A stretch of DNA of 64,000 nt from a bacterium (GTDB lineage: Bacteria > Patescibacteriota > Andersenbacteria > UBA10190), in NCBI GenBank assembly GCA_002686445.1, contig NZCO01000007.1, forward strand, positions 5,483-69,482, written 5' to 3'. Under the pieces are notes generated by a model. The model searched no databases and had not been told where the DNA came from. It saw only the letters and a list, made by a program, of their open reading frames with translations. This document shows positions 37,812-48,178 of this stretch, piece after piece (within the stretch, counting starts at the first letter, position 1; each line of letters opens with the position of its first letter). A program made the translations under genes and the position numbers.

Positions 37812-38888
37812 GTGCGTATGAAGGTCGCGATTCCTCTAAAAGGCACTACTTTCTTGCGAGCGGCAGCGCCGCTGATCGCGACCTCACTTAATTCAGGCAT
37901 AGAGCTCTATGTGTATATATTGGCTGAGCGAAGCGGCAAAGAGTACGACACAATAGACAAAACCGCCTTAGCGAAAGTTTTGCCTGAAGCTAATCTCAGG
38001 TCTTACGCAGACGAGGCAGACCTGCTGGGCCAATTAAAGAAGGAAGGGATCGGCCACGTGGTGGCAGCGGACGTGCCCCATCATTGGCAGGAGTTGTGTG
38101 ACGCTCCAGACCTGACGACCTATTCCATCTCCATCTTTATTGATTCACTACACTACGCGGGACGGGTTGCTCAAGGCGAAGAGCAGAAAAGAATTCCCGG
38201 GCTGACTTTTTTCCCGAATGACTATTTGGCTGACCGGTTCTTTGCCGTTGGAAGCTTTAGTCGGGAGGAAATGCCATACCGGATAGTCGGGTCACCGATA
38301 TTTGATCACGCGGCTTTTCTGCCAACTTCCGAAGACCAACAGCCAACATTATTACTGATAGCGCCGCCACCAACGCTCCTAACCTGGAGCTGGCGACGCC
38401 AGCTACGAGCCTTGTTTATTCACGCGCATAACCAGGGGATGCGAGTCGTCGTCAAAGATCGTGTCAAAACGCCCCTGCCAAAAAGCTTGCACCCAGTCGT
38501 TGATGAATTGCACACCAAAGAGGCGATACGGCCTTACGCCTCCCTGGCGCTGATCGCTAATTGCAGTATTCACGTCTGTGGCTACAGCACCTCGGTCCTT
38601 GAGGCTCGATACCTTAAAAAACCTACTCTAAATCTTGATCTGAATATCAAACGCGTTGCCGCGGGTGATCTCGTACACCGATTTGGCCTTGAGGATCTCT
38701 ACAACTCGCGTACGTGCATTACTGCCCGAAAGCATCTGCCGGCGGTCTTCGATAAGCTCATGGCAATAGATAGTGCTGACTATGCCGAAAACGATCGGTT
38801 CTTAAGCCCGCAAGTAGAAGTCAGCGACAGGCCAGTCGCTTCAATTGCTATTTGGCGGGAAGTTTTGTCGCACGCTTCTTCGCAATAA
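37812..38888 (+). CDS. CDP-alcohol (glycerol/ribitol) phosphotransferase-like, TagB/TagF family
   Basis: TLLLIAPPPT (cf. TagF ILYAPTWR) and ANCSIHVCGYSTSVLEARYLKKPTLNLD (cf. TagF adxlITDYSSvxFDfxxLxKPi). Confidence 0.5.
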   Translation: MRMKVAIPLKGTTFLRAAAPLIATSLNSGIELYVYILAERSGKEYDTIDKTALAKVLPEANLRSYADEADLLGQLKKEGIGHVVAADVPHHWQELCDAPDLTTYSISIFIDSLHYAGRVAQGEEQKRIPGLTFFPNDYLADRFFAVGSFSREEMPYRIVGSPIFDHAAFLPTSEDQQPTLLLIAPPPTLLTWSWRRQLRALFIHAHNQGMRVVVKDRVKTPLPKSLHPVVDELHTKEAIRPYASLALIANCSIHVCGYSTSVLEARYLKKPTLNLDLNIKRVAAGDLVHRFGLEDLYNSRTCITARKHLPAVFDKLMAIDSADYAENDRFLSPQVEVSDRPVASIAIWREVLSHASSQ

Positions 38889-39825
38889 CGGTGCCAACAG
38901 AGGAGCCGTCGAGTGGGAGCGAGCCTTCTATTACTTCAAAATGATCGGCAATAAACTGCAAAACGTCAGGGCGATCTTTTAAGGCGCTGGCGGTGTCTAA
39001 CCCGTCGCCTTGAGATGTAATGTAGTTAAAGACCAAATACCCTCCCGGTTTGAGGTGGGCATACAGGTGATGAGCAGTAGCCAGAGGCCTCGGTAGATGC
39101 TCGAACACTGTGAGGCAGTTTATGAGGTCATATGAAGCAGTCAGTTGTTCATCGTTATCCGGATCTAGCTCGTGGACCGCTATGTAGGGCCGGTCCCGAA
39201 ACTTCCAGCGCGCGAAGTGAAGCATGTATGAGGGAATATCAAAGCAGTCGATCCTCCACTTCTTGTTGCGATAAAACCTATCAAGACTAGTAGCGACAGG
39301 AGCTACGCCACAGCCAAACTCACAGATACGGGCGCCCCGTTTAAGGTAGCGAGCCACGCGATAGCCGGCCAAGGGATTTAACGCTCGCTTATATTGGTAC
39401 GAAAACAGCAGATAGATATTGGCTGGCTTCTGCCAGGCGGCTAGGAACGCAGGGCCACCTTGCGCTTCATCCACCTCCAGCTCCTGAAAACGCTGGCGGT
39501 ATATCCCGCGCAGGAAGAAGAAGTCGGGCAGATGGATCGGTCGCAGTCCTAACTCCGCTACCCAGTACTGCCGGAACTCGTTGAACCAATCGAGAGAGAG
39601 ATTGGCATACACCAAGCGTCTTAGTAACCCGGAACGGAATAAAAAACCCATCCAATAGAGCTCTAGGTTACTCAATAGCGAGGCGCTAAACGTCAAATCA
39701 TCGCTACTGTCGCCCCGGCTGGCCAGAGTCGGTAACCGTTGCGCCTGGGCATCCAGAAGGTCGCGCACGTTCAGTTGTATATCGTCATACTTATTGCTGG
39801 GCATAGCGTATATATTTACCACCAA
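38848..39825 (-). CDS. Class I SAM-dependent methyltransferase with N-terminal extension
   Basis: GARICEFGCGVAPVATSL (motif I) and LKPGGYLVF (motif post-II/III). Confidence 0.55.
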   Translation of the reverse strand: MVVNIYAMPSNKYDDIQLNVRDLLDAQAQRLPTLASRGDSSDDLTFSASLLSNLELYWMGFLFRSGLLRRLVYANLSLDWFNEFRQYWVAELGLRPIHLPDFFFLRGIYRQRFQELEVDEAQGGPAFLAAWQKPANIYLLFSYQYKRALNPLAGYRVARYLKRGARICEFGCGVAPVATSLDRFYRNKKWRIDCFDIPSYMLHFARWKFRDRPYIAVHELDPDNDEQLTASYDLINCLTVFEHLPRPLATAHHLYAHLKPGGYLVFNYITSQGDGLDTASALKDRPDVLQFIADHFEVIEGSLPLDGSSVGTVIAKKRATKLPAK

Positions 39826-40825
39826 GCTTACCTAATTGATAGCCTCGATAAGCAGCGCCCAACGCCACAGCCTGTAATCGATGTGAGCTAGTAGTGCTTG
39901 AGCGATGGTCGCTCTTTTGCACCTGGGTCGCAAACTCTAGATACTCCTGAGCTACGGCAGACAAGGAGCGCGCGGGTGGTGCCACTGGGCGTGTCATAAA
40001 CAAATTAGCAGCGGCATCAATGGCAGCCAGCACGTCGTTCCGGCTATCGAAGCGGACAGCAGTTGGAGCCAATTCGGGGTGCCCACCACTGTTGCGTATA
40101 ACCGGCAGCAAGCCGCAAGCAAGTGCTTCCAAGAGTGCATTTGAGCACGGATCATGTTGTGAACCGGTGATGAATATGTCGTGAGCGCGCAGGATCTTTG
40201 CCAGGGCTGGCGAGTCAACGGGCGCTATCGTATCAATATGTTCAAACTGTTCCGTTGTGTTACCGACGAAGGTCATCTCATACCGTGACCAGTCGAGATG
40301 GGTATCGAGGCACTGATAAATGTCGAACCCCTTACGAGGGCTCGGCGACCAGGAAACGGCCACCAATTTAATCTTCCTGTGCCTGGTAGGTTGCGATTGC
40401 CGCTGCGGATAAAAAATGCGACCGTCGGGTACATTGTGAACGACGCGGCTGAGACTCGGCGAAAAACCCAGCTTAAGGTTGGCCTCTCGGGACCATTGTG
40501 ACTGCCAAATAATACCATCGACATAGCGCCGTGCTATTTGTTTCAGAAGCTGGTCTATAAAGTGATCCTTGCCTCGAACGAGGCCGATCGGACCGTCAAT
40601 TCGGAGAATGATTGCGGGCGCAGGTGACTGCGCCCTGAACCCCGGAAGCCGCTGTAACAGTGTAGGTATCATGTTTGGATTTGCGTTCGCGATTATTACA
40701 CCAGCTAGGCTTGGATCGGCGGTACTTACTTCCTGCCGTTCAAACTCGGAACGCAAAGCCTTGAGGAATTGGTTTCCTCCACCCCAGGGACCCTCCTTAA
40801 AGTCGTATAGAATGTGTATTTTCAT
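39791..40825 (-). CDS. Glycosyltransferase family 4-like (GT-B)
   Basis: DPCSNALLEALACGLPVIRNSGGHPE (E-X7-E-like). 4-nt overlap with the upstream gene. Confidence 0.7.
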   Translation of the reverse strand: MKIHILYDFKEGPWGGGNQFLKALRSEFERQEVSTADPSLAGVIIANANPNMIPTLLQRLPGFRAQSPAPAIILRIDGPIGLVRGKDHFIDQLLKQIARRYVDGIIWQSQWSREANLKLGFSPSLSRVVHNVPDGRIFYPQRQSQPTRHRKIKLVAVSWSPSPRKGFDIYQCLDTHLDWSRYEMTFVGNTTEQFEHIDTIAPVDSPALAKILRAHDIFITGSQHDPCSNALLEALACGLLPVIRNSGGHPELAPTAVRFDSRNDVLAAIDAAANLFMTRPVAPPARSLSAVAQEYLEFATQVQKSDHRSSTTSSHRLQAVALGAAYRGYQLGKLGGKYIRYAQQ

Positions 40826-41934
40826 AGCGTGGGATCAAGGGGTCGATATAGCTGATCGTAGTACTGGCCTGCGATGCGCGGCCATGCGTGTGCTTGTACG
40901 ACCACTCGACCGAAACTGGCAAGTCGCTGTGCCAGGCTCGGGTTGCGCGCCAAAGTGACCAGTGACTCAGCGAGTGTTTCTGGGTCGATTTCCTGACTGA
41001 CCAAGGCACTTCGCCCATGTTCAGCCAGATCGGGAACCATGCCTACATTAGTTGTCACGACTGGTATGCCGCTGGCCCAGGATTCCAAGAGTGCTTTTGG
41101 TCCGCCCTCAATCCGGCTGCTTATAAGATAGGCATCAAGAGCGTGATAATACTGTGCCACCATGTCAGCAGTTGATACATGCCCAATAGCAGTGTAGGGG
41201 ATATCGCATCGCTCTAGCTCATTCATCACATATCCGCGAGCAGGGCCAACAAGAAGAACGTGGATTGGTAGATGCTTGGCTGCCTCAACAATTGTCGCTA
41301 CGAGCACATCTGGACCCTTCTCGGGCTTAGGCGCCATGCCCGCTTCCCAACCGATGCCATCCTTTTGGAATGAACCGACTACAAATGCGTCGGGCGGAAT
41401 ACCTGATTGCTCACGAAGACTATCTCTTTGTGCGTCGCTCGCCGGCGAATACACGGCAGGGTCCACCCCTAGAGGGATCACCCGAATGCTTTCTCCTGCC
41501 ATCCCGCTTTCAATGAGCGCTCTCTTGGTTAGTGTGCACGCCGTGTGGACTAATTGCAGACTGTCCATTAGGGCGGGGAGGTGCTGGTTACGAGCAGCGC
41601 CTGGAATGAGGTGAAAAATGGTTCCGATTGCTCGGTTTGAGCTGTGCACTTGGCGGATTCCCTGCTGCCACAACATCGTGTGAAGAGAGCCAAAATGGAT
41701 AACGCTATTACGTATCCCCCACGTTGCTGCACTAATTCGCATTTTTGGCCCGCCAGCCGAGCTAAGGCCCCCTGCAAGGGCGCGTCCCGTCTCGCGGATT
41801 ACCCAGTCAGCAGGTTCCGTAAGGTAGACCAGTTGAGTGCGGTTGAGCGCATTAACAGCTGTGTTGTGTAATAACAGGGAAGGTGTTTTCCATGACATAG
41901 GACAAGTGTTACTCAACTGCGATGCACACGGCAA
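40822..41934 (-). CDS. Glycosyltransferase family 4
   Basis: IEGGPKALLESWASGIPVVTTNVGMVPDL. Confidence 0.75.
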   Translation of the reverse strand: MPCASQLSNTCPMSWKTPSLLLHNTAVNALNRTQLVYLTEPADWVIRETGRALAGGLSSAGGPKMRISAATWGIRNSVIHFGSLHTMLWQQGIRQVHSSNRAIGTIFHLIPGAARNQHLPALMDSLQLVHTACTLTKRALIESGMAGESIRVIPLGVDPAVYSPASDAQRDSLREQSGIPPDAFVVGSFQKDGIGWEAGMAPKPEKGPDVLVATIVEAAKHLPIHVLLVGPARGYVMNELERCDIPYTAIGHVSTADMVAQYYHALDAYLISSRIEGGPKALLESWASGIPVVTTNVGMVPDLAEHGRSALVSQEIDPETLAESLVTLARNPSLAQRLASFGRVVVQAHAWPRIAGQYYDQLYRPLDPTL

Positions 41935-41944
41935 GCAGCACCGC

Positions 41945-42997
41945 CTATTTCAACGAATGAGTGGCGAAATATCTAGCGGTACGTAAGAAACTGATGGGGT
42001 GACGGAGCATGAGGGCTATATTGTTACGCAGGAATAGTAAAACCCGGTTAGCATCACTTGTTTGCAGGAAGCTGAGCGTTGTCTGGTAGTGGCCTGAGAC
42101 GTCTGGGAGAGGAATAGACTTGCTGCTTTTCTTGAATACAGCCTTTATCTCATCAGTGCCGGCCACCATGGTGAAGCCCGCCTTAGCGAACAAATATTGC
42201 AATAGGAGCAGGTCCCAATAGTAGAGATGTGCGAGCTGTAGTTCGCGGATGAGCTCCGGATATGGCCGCTCGGCCATGTGCCTTAGTCCAGGAACCTTCA
42301 CGTACACATGTCCGCCTGGCTCAAGTAACCTGTGAGCTTTGCTGAGCAGCACCAGTGGATCGCGCACGTGTTCGAGTGCGTCCGTGATAATCACGAGTGA
42401 AAAGCGCTGGCTGTCAAACGCAGTACCAGTAATTGGGTGGGGAATCACGGGTATTCCCCGTCCGTTGGCATAGGCAGCCAATTCGCTATCTATCTCGGAG
42501 CCCATCACCTGCCAACCATGCTCTTTGAATTTTTGCAGCACCCCTCCTGCGCCACAACCGACATCGAGCACAGAGCCAGGCGAGAAGTCATGGACGACTT
42601 CGGCTAATCGGGCGTATACGATGACACCGTGCTCCATTTGTGCGGCGAATAGTTTCTCAGGCGTATCATTTGCTGGAGAGGAATAGAGAGCACGGTAATC
42701 AGAGTTATAGAAGGTCTCCAGGCTGGCAGCAGTAAAGCGGGGCGTCTGCACTAAGAGGCCACAACTTGTACAGATGGCAGTACTGACCGGCAAAGCATGA
42801 CGGTCGCGACTCGCGATCGGCACAAAGGACGTAGAGTCGCATATACAGGCTGTAAGGCTGTCGATCGCATACTCCTGCCCTGTCATTGCCTTCAATACAC
42901 GCTCGCGAGCCTGAAGCTGGTCAGGGGTCATTTCTTTAGCTGCGGGCCCCTCCCGGCGCATCAACCTTTGGCCTATTAAAGCAGGCGTTGGGGTCAT
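41945..42997 (-). CDS. Class I SAM-dependent methyltransferase with N-terminal Cys4 zinc-ribbon
   Basis: CICDSTSF...CTSCGLL (CxxC...CxxC). VLDVGCGAGGVL (motif I). LLEPGGHVYVK. Confidence 0.65.
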   Translation of the reverse strand: MTPTPALIGQRLMRREGPAAKEMTPDQLQARERVLKAMTGQEYAIDSLTACICDSTSFVPIASRDRHALPVSTAICTSCGLLVQTPRFTAASLETFYNSDYRALYSSPANDTPEKLFAAQMEHGVIVYARLAEVVHDFSPGSVLDVGCGAGGVLQKFKEHGWQVMGSEIDSELAAYANGRGIPVIPHPITGTAFDSQRFSLVIITDALEHVRDPLVLLSKAHRLLEPGGHVYVKVPGLRHMAERPYPELIRELQLAHLYYWDLLLLQYLFAKAGFTMVAGTDEIKAVFKKSSKSIPLPDVSGHYQTTLSFLQTSDANRVLLFLRNNIALMLRHPISFLRTARYFATHSLK

Positions 42998-43007
42998 GGT
43001 TCTTGGT

Positions 43008-43997
43008 CTAAGAGGAGGTCAGTGCCCGAGTGTACTCGCGCGTCATGTGTGGCAGGGTAAAGCGCCTTGGTAAGAGAGGACGTGGAATTCGAGTCAGGGT
43101 GATGCAGCTGGCCATAGCGTGAGCAAATGATTCTGTATTAAACGACTTGGCACCTTCGCCTCGAGTTCGGACTGGCAGCAGTACCCCTGCGTCTGCTGCG
43201 ACCAGTTCAGACATGGCGCCATCGGCTAGGCCGCAGATCGGCAGTCCACAAGCCATCGCCTCAATGACGTTGTTGGGGCAGGGCGGATTACGATGAGTCA
43301 GTGCGAACACATCAGCGCCGCGCGCATAGCGCGGAATATCTGAATTCGGAACAATCCCTCGGAATTCGATGGCGTCGTGCTTATGTTTCTGGGGCCGATC
43401 AGCAACCGCACCTACAAAGTTGCCGAGTATGACTAACTTCGCGTTAGCTTCAATCTGTCGACGGTACTCGTGGAACGATGCTACTAGTGGGTCGATCTGG
43501 TCAGGCCTGCGGAAGCGAGACCAAGTAATGAAAACATGTTGATCGGGATTATCGCGTAACTCCTCGACTGGCCCGTCAGTGGAGAAGAGTTCAGTATCGA
43601 CGCCGTTATATATGACAGTCGATGGAGTCTCGGTTGCTTCATTTGACCACAAAAACTTGTCACACTGCGCTTGAGAGAACTCGCTCTGATAAATAAAAGA
43701 ATCCGCGAAGTATTTCCTAATGATCGACAGCGGCAGGTTGTGCAACCGCCACCAGACGCCTGCGCTGGAACCCGGGTAGAACACACCGTCGAGACGCTGA
43801 ACTATACGACGACGGCGAAATCTAGCATGCAGCAGAGCAGAATATGGCGCGCGCGGGCTGGCTAGAAGTACATCATAATGAGCTGGCTTCTTGAAATATA
43901 CTTGATGACCTAAGTGCTCCATCCCAGCGCGCAGCTTTAGAGCAAAGGAGGAAGTGCCACCGGTTGGCTTGATGCGTTTCGGTAACCAAATTTTCAC
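43008..43997 (-). CDS. Glycosyltransferase family 4
   Basis: NNVIEAMACGLPICGLADGAMSELV. Confidence 0.7.
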   Translation of the reverse strand: MKIWLPKRIKPTGGTSSFALKLRAGMEHLGHQVYFKKPAHYDVLLASPRAPYSALLHARFRRRRIVQRLDGVFYPGSSAGVWWRLHNLPLSIIRKYFADSFIYQSEFSQAQCDKFLWSNEATETPSTVIYNGVDTELFSTDGPVEELRDNPDQHVFITWSRFRRPDQIDPLVASFHEYRRQIEANAKLVILGNFVGAVADRPQKHKHDAIEFRGIVPNSDIPRYARGADVFALTHRNPPCPNNVIEAMACGLPICGLADGAMSELVAADAGVLLPVRTRGEGAKSFNTESFAHAMASCITLTRIPRPLLPRRFTLPHMTREYTRALTSS

Positions 43998-44788
43998 AGG
44001 AACTTCCTGACCAATGTCTTTACTGGCTGTGGTATCGCGAGCATCGCCACTGGCTCAAGCAAGCTTAGATAGTGAACAGGGGACGGTCGATACAGGCGCA
44101 GATACTTCTGAGTCAGTTGAATACTCTGGCGTATTTGTGCCCTTCGCTTGGCCTGGGAGCGAGGCAAGTCAACGCGTCGGGCACACAGAACTTCTGGAAG
44201 GTTCGCAAACTTCGTGTGCGGTAACAACCGGTACCACAAGTCGCGGTCTTGTGCGTAGCGCAATTTATTGTCATACCCGTCTACCGAATCAAGCACTGAT
44301 CGGCGCATGAGAACAGTGCTATGTCCAAGGGGATTGCGCTGCCACATGTTCGCGCGTATCTCTGCATCAGTAGTGGCAGGTCGTATTATAGTCTCGCCAC
44401 GCTCGCGCACGTTCTGATACCAGGTGCCGACTACACCTACTTCAATGTGGGCGGCAAGAAATGATGCTTGCTTGTGCAGCTTTCCCTCGAACCATTCGTC
44501 GTCATCGTCGAGCCGCGCGACATATTCTCCCCGGGCCGCATTTAAGCCTTGGTTTAAGGCCTTGGTCAGTCCGATATCCTCCGTGTTCGTTAGGACGCGT
44601 ACGGACAATCCACGCTGCGCCCGCTGCCACGAATGCATCAGTTCTGCCGTTGTGTCTGTTGACCCGTTATCGATAAGGATTACCTCACCGTCGTGGTACT
44701 GCTGTGCGCTGATACTAGCCAGCGCCGCCTCGATGGTGCCCGCACCGTTGTGACTCACTAATATGGTACTGATCGTGGGAAAACTCAT
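43994..44788 (-). CDS. Glycosyltransferase family 2 (GT-A)
   Basis: MSFPTISTILVSHNGAGTIEAALASISAQQYHDGEVILIDNGSTDTT. The start is taken at ATG 44788, which overlaps the upstream TGA by ATGA. Confidence 0.75.
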   Translation of the reverse strand: MSFPTISTILVSHNGAGTIEAALASISAQQYHDGEVILIDNGSTDTTAELMHSWQRAQRGLSVRVLTNTEDIGLTKALNQGLNAARGEYVARLDDDDEWFEGKLHKQASFLAAHIEVGVVGTWYQNVRERGETIIRPATTDAEIRANMWQRNPLGHSTVLMRRSVLDSVDGYDNKLRYAQDRDLWYRLLPHTKFANLPEVLCARRVDLPRSQAKRRAQIRQSIQLTQKYLRLYRPSPVHYLSLLEPVAMLAIPQPVKTLVRKFL

Positions 44789-45858
44789 GGTGTCGTGACT
44801 CGCTCCAGGACTGCTTCCCACTTGCTCGCAATGACAGCAGGCGCGTGGTGCTCTCTCACGTGCGCCTCAGCGGCGTGTGCGAGCGTAGCCCTCGTGTCGG
44901 CGCTCGTTAGTACCCGCACTAGTTGCTTGGCGAAGTCTGCTGGATCACCAGCGGTCGCCAGTAATCCATTTTGATCGTGAGAAATGACAGCCTTGTTGGC
45001 GGGTATGTCAGAAGCAACCACGGGTAAACCAGCGGCGAGTGATTCTAATAACGCATTGCTCATGCCCTCAGCCAGAGAGGGGAACACAAAAACGTCGCTA
45101 CCAGCCAATATGTGCGGCACATCACGACGTCGCCCTAGTAAGCGAACGCGTTGCGATAGTCCGAGCTTGATGATCTGCTGCTCGATTCTAGCTTGCTCCG
45201 GGCCCTCACCGATCAGAAAGCAGTTCCATGAGACGTGAGTCGGCAGTAGGGCAAGCGCTTGTAGCAAAGTGTTGTGTCCTTTACCTGCTCGTAAATTACT
45301 GACACAGGTGATAGCGATGTCCTCAGGCCCCAGACGTAGAAGAGCGCGCGCCTCATCTCGCTCTTGGGCAACATCTAGGCCAACCGCATTAGGAATGACT
45401 GTTGTCTCACCCGAGGGGAATCTTTGTTTGGCCACTCCCGTTTGCACTACATACTCAGTGACCAGCGGCCGCGTCAGTCGGTCCGGTAAGCGAAGATATG
45501 GTCGGCGATGATAGCTACTGCGCTGGGCGGAGACCACCGGAGTACCTGTTCGACGAGCAGCCAGGCGTCCGATCATGTCCGCTTGGGGTAGATAGGTGAC
45601 TATCGCTTTCGCCTTGGTCGTAAGTAACAGCAGCTGAACCCGGCGAATCAGCCGCAGGTCAAAGCGATTACTGCTACCCAGCGTGTGCACAATAATGCCC
45701 GCATCCTCAAGGTCCTTGTGCAGCGGCCCAACTTGGCCCAGGCAGCACACTTGATTATCAAAATTGTTTTGCATGTGCGGCAGCAGCGTTACGAGACTCA
45801 GCTCTGTACCGCCTAATTCAAGCTGGTTGATCAAATGTATTACTACTGGCTTAGCCAT
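44785..45858 (-). CDS. Glycosyltransferase family 4
   Basis: FPSLAEGMSNALLESLAAGLPVVASDIPANKAVI. Confidence 0.8.
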   Translation of the reverse strand: MAKPVVIHLINQLELGGTELSLVTLLPHMQNNFDNQVCCLGQVGPLHKDLEDAGIIVHTLGSSNRFDLRLIRRVQLLLLTTKAKAIVTYLPQADMIGRLAARRTGTPVVSAQRSSYHRRPYLRLPDRLTRPLVTEYVVQTGVAKQRFPSGETTVIPNAVGLDVAQERDEARALLRLGPEDIAITCVSNLRAGKGHNTLLQALALLPTHVSWNCFLIGEGPEQARIEQQIIKLGLSQRVRLLGRRRDVPHILAGSDVFVFPSLAEGMSNALLESLAAGLPVVASDIPANKAVISHDQNGLLATAGDPADFAKQLVRVLTSADTRATLAHAAEAHVREHHAPAVIASKWEAVLERVTTP

Positions 45859-45867
45859 ACTCTAATG

Positions 45868-47010
45868 CTAGGGCTTAACGACAGTCAGGAGCAATGCGTC
45901 ATACTTCTTTGTGGCCGCCGCCCACGAAAAACGCTCCTCGAGCTTTGAGATCGAGTCACGGCCTGGCGTCGCACTAGTTTTAACCCCAGCGCCGATAGCG
46001 TCTGCCAAGGCTTCGATACTACGAGGTGGAACAAGCGTGACATCCTGGATTTCGCTCGTACCGCCTACATCTGTCGCGATCGTATAAGAACCGGCCAGTT
46101 GAGCTTCGATGACTGCCGATGGAAGACCCTCTGTGTAGCTAGGGTTAACGAAGATATTGGAAGCTTTGAGAATTCCAAGGACTTGCGGCCTGTCCCTCTC
46201 CCCAGCGAAGTGTATGCGAGCATTGTCACCTGCTTGGTGCTTGAGCTGTTCTGCCTCCGGCCCATCTCCAATTATCAGCAAGTGAGCGCTCGGGTCATCC
46301 AAGCGAGCAAAGGCCGTCAGCAGATCGCTCACGCCTTTGCCTGCAATGAGCCGCCCGGCATACACAATCACGGGCGCTCCAACCGGGATCCCATGCTCAC
46401 CAACCAGGTCCGCGGGCTCCGCGGCGGTGATAGAGGCAGCATCAATGCCACGATAGATGACCGTAGCGGGCCGTCCAGTCAGCTGCTCGACAAAGTCAGC
46501 GCTCGCCTGAGAGTTAGCCACTACGGCCCCGGCCCGCCTAAGTACAGCTCGACCCAGTGTTATATCGTACCAATGCGCCATTAGGCCCGTTAGTGAGCGC
46601 CCAAATTGGGGATAGTCTGATCCGTGCTCAATATGCAGCCAGGGAGTCTGCCAGCGGTAGCTCGCTAACCAGGCTAGAAGTGACGTGCTAAAGAACCGCG
46701 TTCGAGAAATGACCACTTCGGGGTCCCAACCGCGTGCTTTCCTCCACATGCACCAGAACAATGGCCGCCAGATATGCGGAATTGGGTAGTTCGGTATGAT
46801 CTCACTTGCTGGAAAGCGTAGGATGTGCAGATTGTCCTCTACGGTCTCACTGGCTTTTGTTTGAGCGTCCAAACGAGGGGTAAAGACGAGAATTTTATGT
46901 CCCGCCTTGACCATCTCATGATTAAATTGCTCCGCATGGTTCTGTAAGCCCCCAATACTAGGTGGATAGAGAGGGGAAAATACTAGTAGTTTCTTTCCTG
47001 GTGGTGTCAT
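45868..47010 (-). CDS. Glycosyltransferase family 4
   Basis: NPSYTEGLPSAVIEAQLAGSYTIATDVGGTSEI. N-terminus MTPPGKKLLVFSPLYPPSIGG is a typical GT4 start. Confidence 0.8.
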   Translation of the reverse strand: MTPPGKKLLVFSPLYPPSIGGLQNHAEQFNHEMVKAGHKILVFTPRLDAQTKASETVEDNLHILRFPASEIIPNYPIPHIWRPLFWCMWRKARGWDPEVVISRTRFFSTSLLAWLASYRWQTPWLHIEHGSDYPQFGRSLTGLMAHWYDITLGRAVLRRAGAVVANSQASADFVEQLTGRPATVIYRGIDAASITAAEPADLVGEHGIPVGAPVIVYAGRLIAGKGVSDLLTAFARLDDPSAHLLIIGDGPEAEQLKHQAGDNARIHFAGERDRPQVLGILKASNIFVNPSYTEGLPSAVIEAQLAGSYTIATDVGGTSEIQDVTLVPPRSIEALADAIGAGVKTSATPGRDSISKLEERFSWAAATKKYDALLLTVVKP

Positions 47011-47019
47011 ACTGATTTT

Positions 47020-47751
47020 ATGAGTGCTAAACAGCGTATCTGCGTCATTATTCCAGCCTACAACGAAGCTGAGACATTACCAGCAGTGATAGAATCCGTT
47101 CGCAGGGAGTTGCCGGAGGCTGACATGGTTGTCATGAACGACGGCTCCGTGGATGCCACTAGTGATATTGCCCACGGCTTGGGCGTAACGGTGCTCGACT
47201 TGCCAATTAATTTAGGTATTGGCGGCGCCGTGCAGACTGGAATCAAGTACGCCTGGCGCAATGACTATGATGTTGCCGTTGAGCTTGATGGCGACGGTCA
47301 ACATAATCCGAGCTACGCACGTACTCTGGTCGACGGGCTGGAGGAAGACGGTGGATCCGACCTGGTTATTGGTAGCCGGTTTGTGGCCAGCAGTGATTAT
47401 CGCTCGTCTCCCATGCGACAGTTTGGTATCCACTTGTTCTCGTGGCTGATAAAGCTGATGACCGGAAAACGCGTATACGATTCAACCTCTGGTTTTCGAA
47501 CCTACAACCGACGGGCCATGAAGTACCTCAGCCACGACTACCCGGCTGATTTTCCAGAGCCGGAGTCAATTGTCATGCTGCTATCACGAGGTTTTCGCAT
47601 TAAGGAACTACCAGTTGAGATGCGTGAGCGCCAGGGCGGAGTGTCAGTGGTAGCCAGTGATGTCAGCTGGAAGGCAATATATTTCGTAGCCTCAAACGCC
47701 ATCGCCATTGTGCTAACGGGAGTAACAACACGCTATGTCACTTCTCGCTGA
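47020..47751 (+). CDS. Polyprenyl-phosphate sugar synthase (GT2, DPM1/GtrB/CsbB/ArnC-like) with C-terminal TM
   Basis: ICVIIPAYNEAETL...VVMNDGSVDAT...ELDGDGQHNP is the GtrB/DPM1 family signature. The C-terminal hydrophobic helices are as in GtrB. Confidence 0.75.
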   Translation: MSAKQRICVIIPAYNEAETLPAVIESVRRELPEADMVVMNDGSVDATSDIAHGLGVTVLDLPINLGIGGAVQTGIKYAWRNDYDVAVELDGDGQHNPSYARTLVDGLEEDGGSDLVIGSRFVASSDYRSSPMRQFGIHLFSWLIKLMTGKRVYDSTSGFRTYNRRAMKYLSHDYPADFPEPESIVMLLSRGFRIKELPVEMRERQGGVSVVASDVSWKAIYFVASNAIAIVLTGVTTRYVTSR

Positions 47752-48178
47752 ACTATTTGCACCGACAATACCCGGACGAGTTCAAGCAGTGGCTGTCGCC
47801 AGCAGTGTAGTGCTATTGGGCGCGGTCATACATTTCATCCGGCGCGGGCAGTTGAAGGCTGGGTATTCGATCATCTGGTTTGTCATCGGACTAGCGCTCG
47901 TTGTTTTGTCTTTAGCGACTCGATTACTCGACAGCTTCGCCCGACTCGTAGGGATCAACTATTCGCCAGCAGCGCTCGTGCTAGTGCTCGGTGGTGGATT
48001 ATTCATCTTGGCACTACACTACTCAGTTATGGTTACCAAGCACGATCGACGCATTCGCGAGCTCGCTCAGGAACACGCGCTGCTCAAGGCGCAGCTGCGA
48101 CTGGAAAAACAATCACCCGTTACCGGTGTGAGCGTTGCTGCCTCCGAGCCGCTGCCCCTTAAGGAAAAGGTGCAATGA
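47735..48178 (+). CDS. Small 4-TM membrane protein of the type found downstream of GtrB-like GT2 enzymes (DUF2304-like)
   Basis: 147 aa with 4 TM helices and a C-terminal coiled/charged tail. Overlaps the upstream gene by 17 nt and the downstream gene by 4 nt. Confidence 0.5.
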   Translation: MSLLAELFAPTIPGRVQAVAVASSVVLLGAVIHFIRRGQLKAGYSIIWFVIGLALVVLSLATRLLDSFARLVGINYSPAALVLVLGGGLFILALHYSVMVTKHDRRIRELAQEHALLKAQLRLEKQSPVTGVSVAASEPLPLKEKVQ

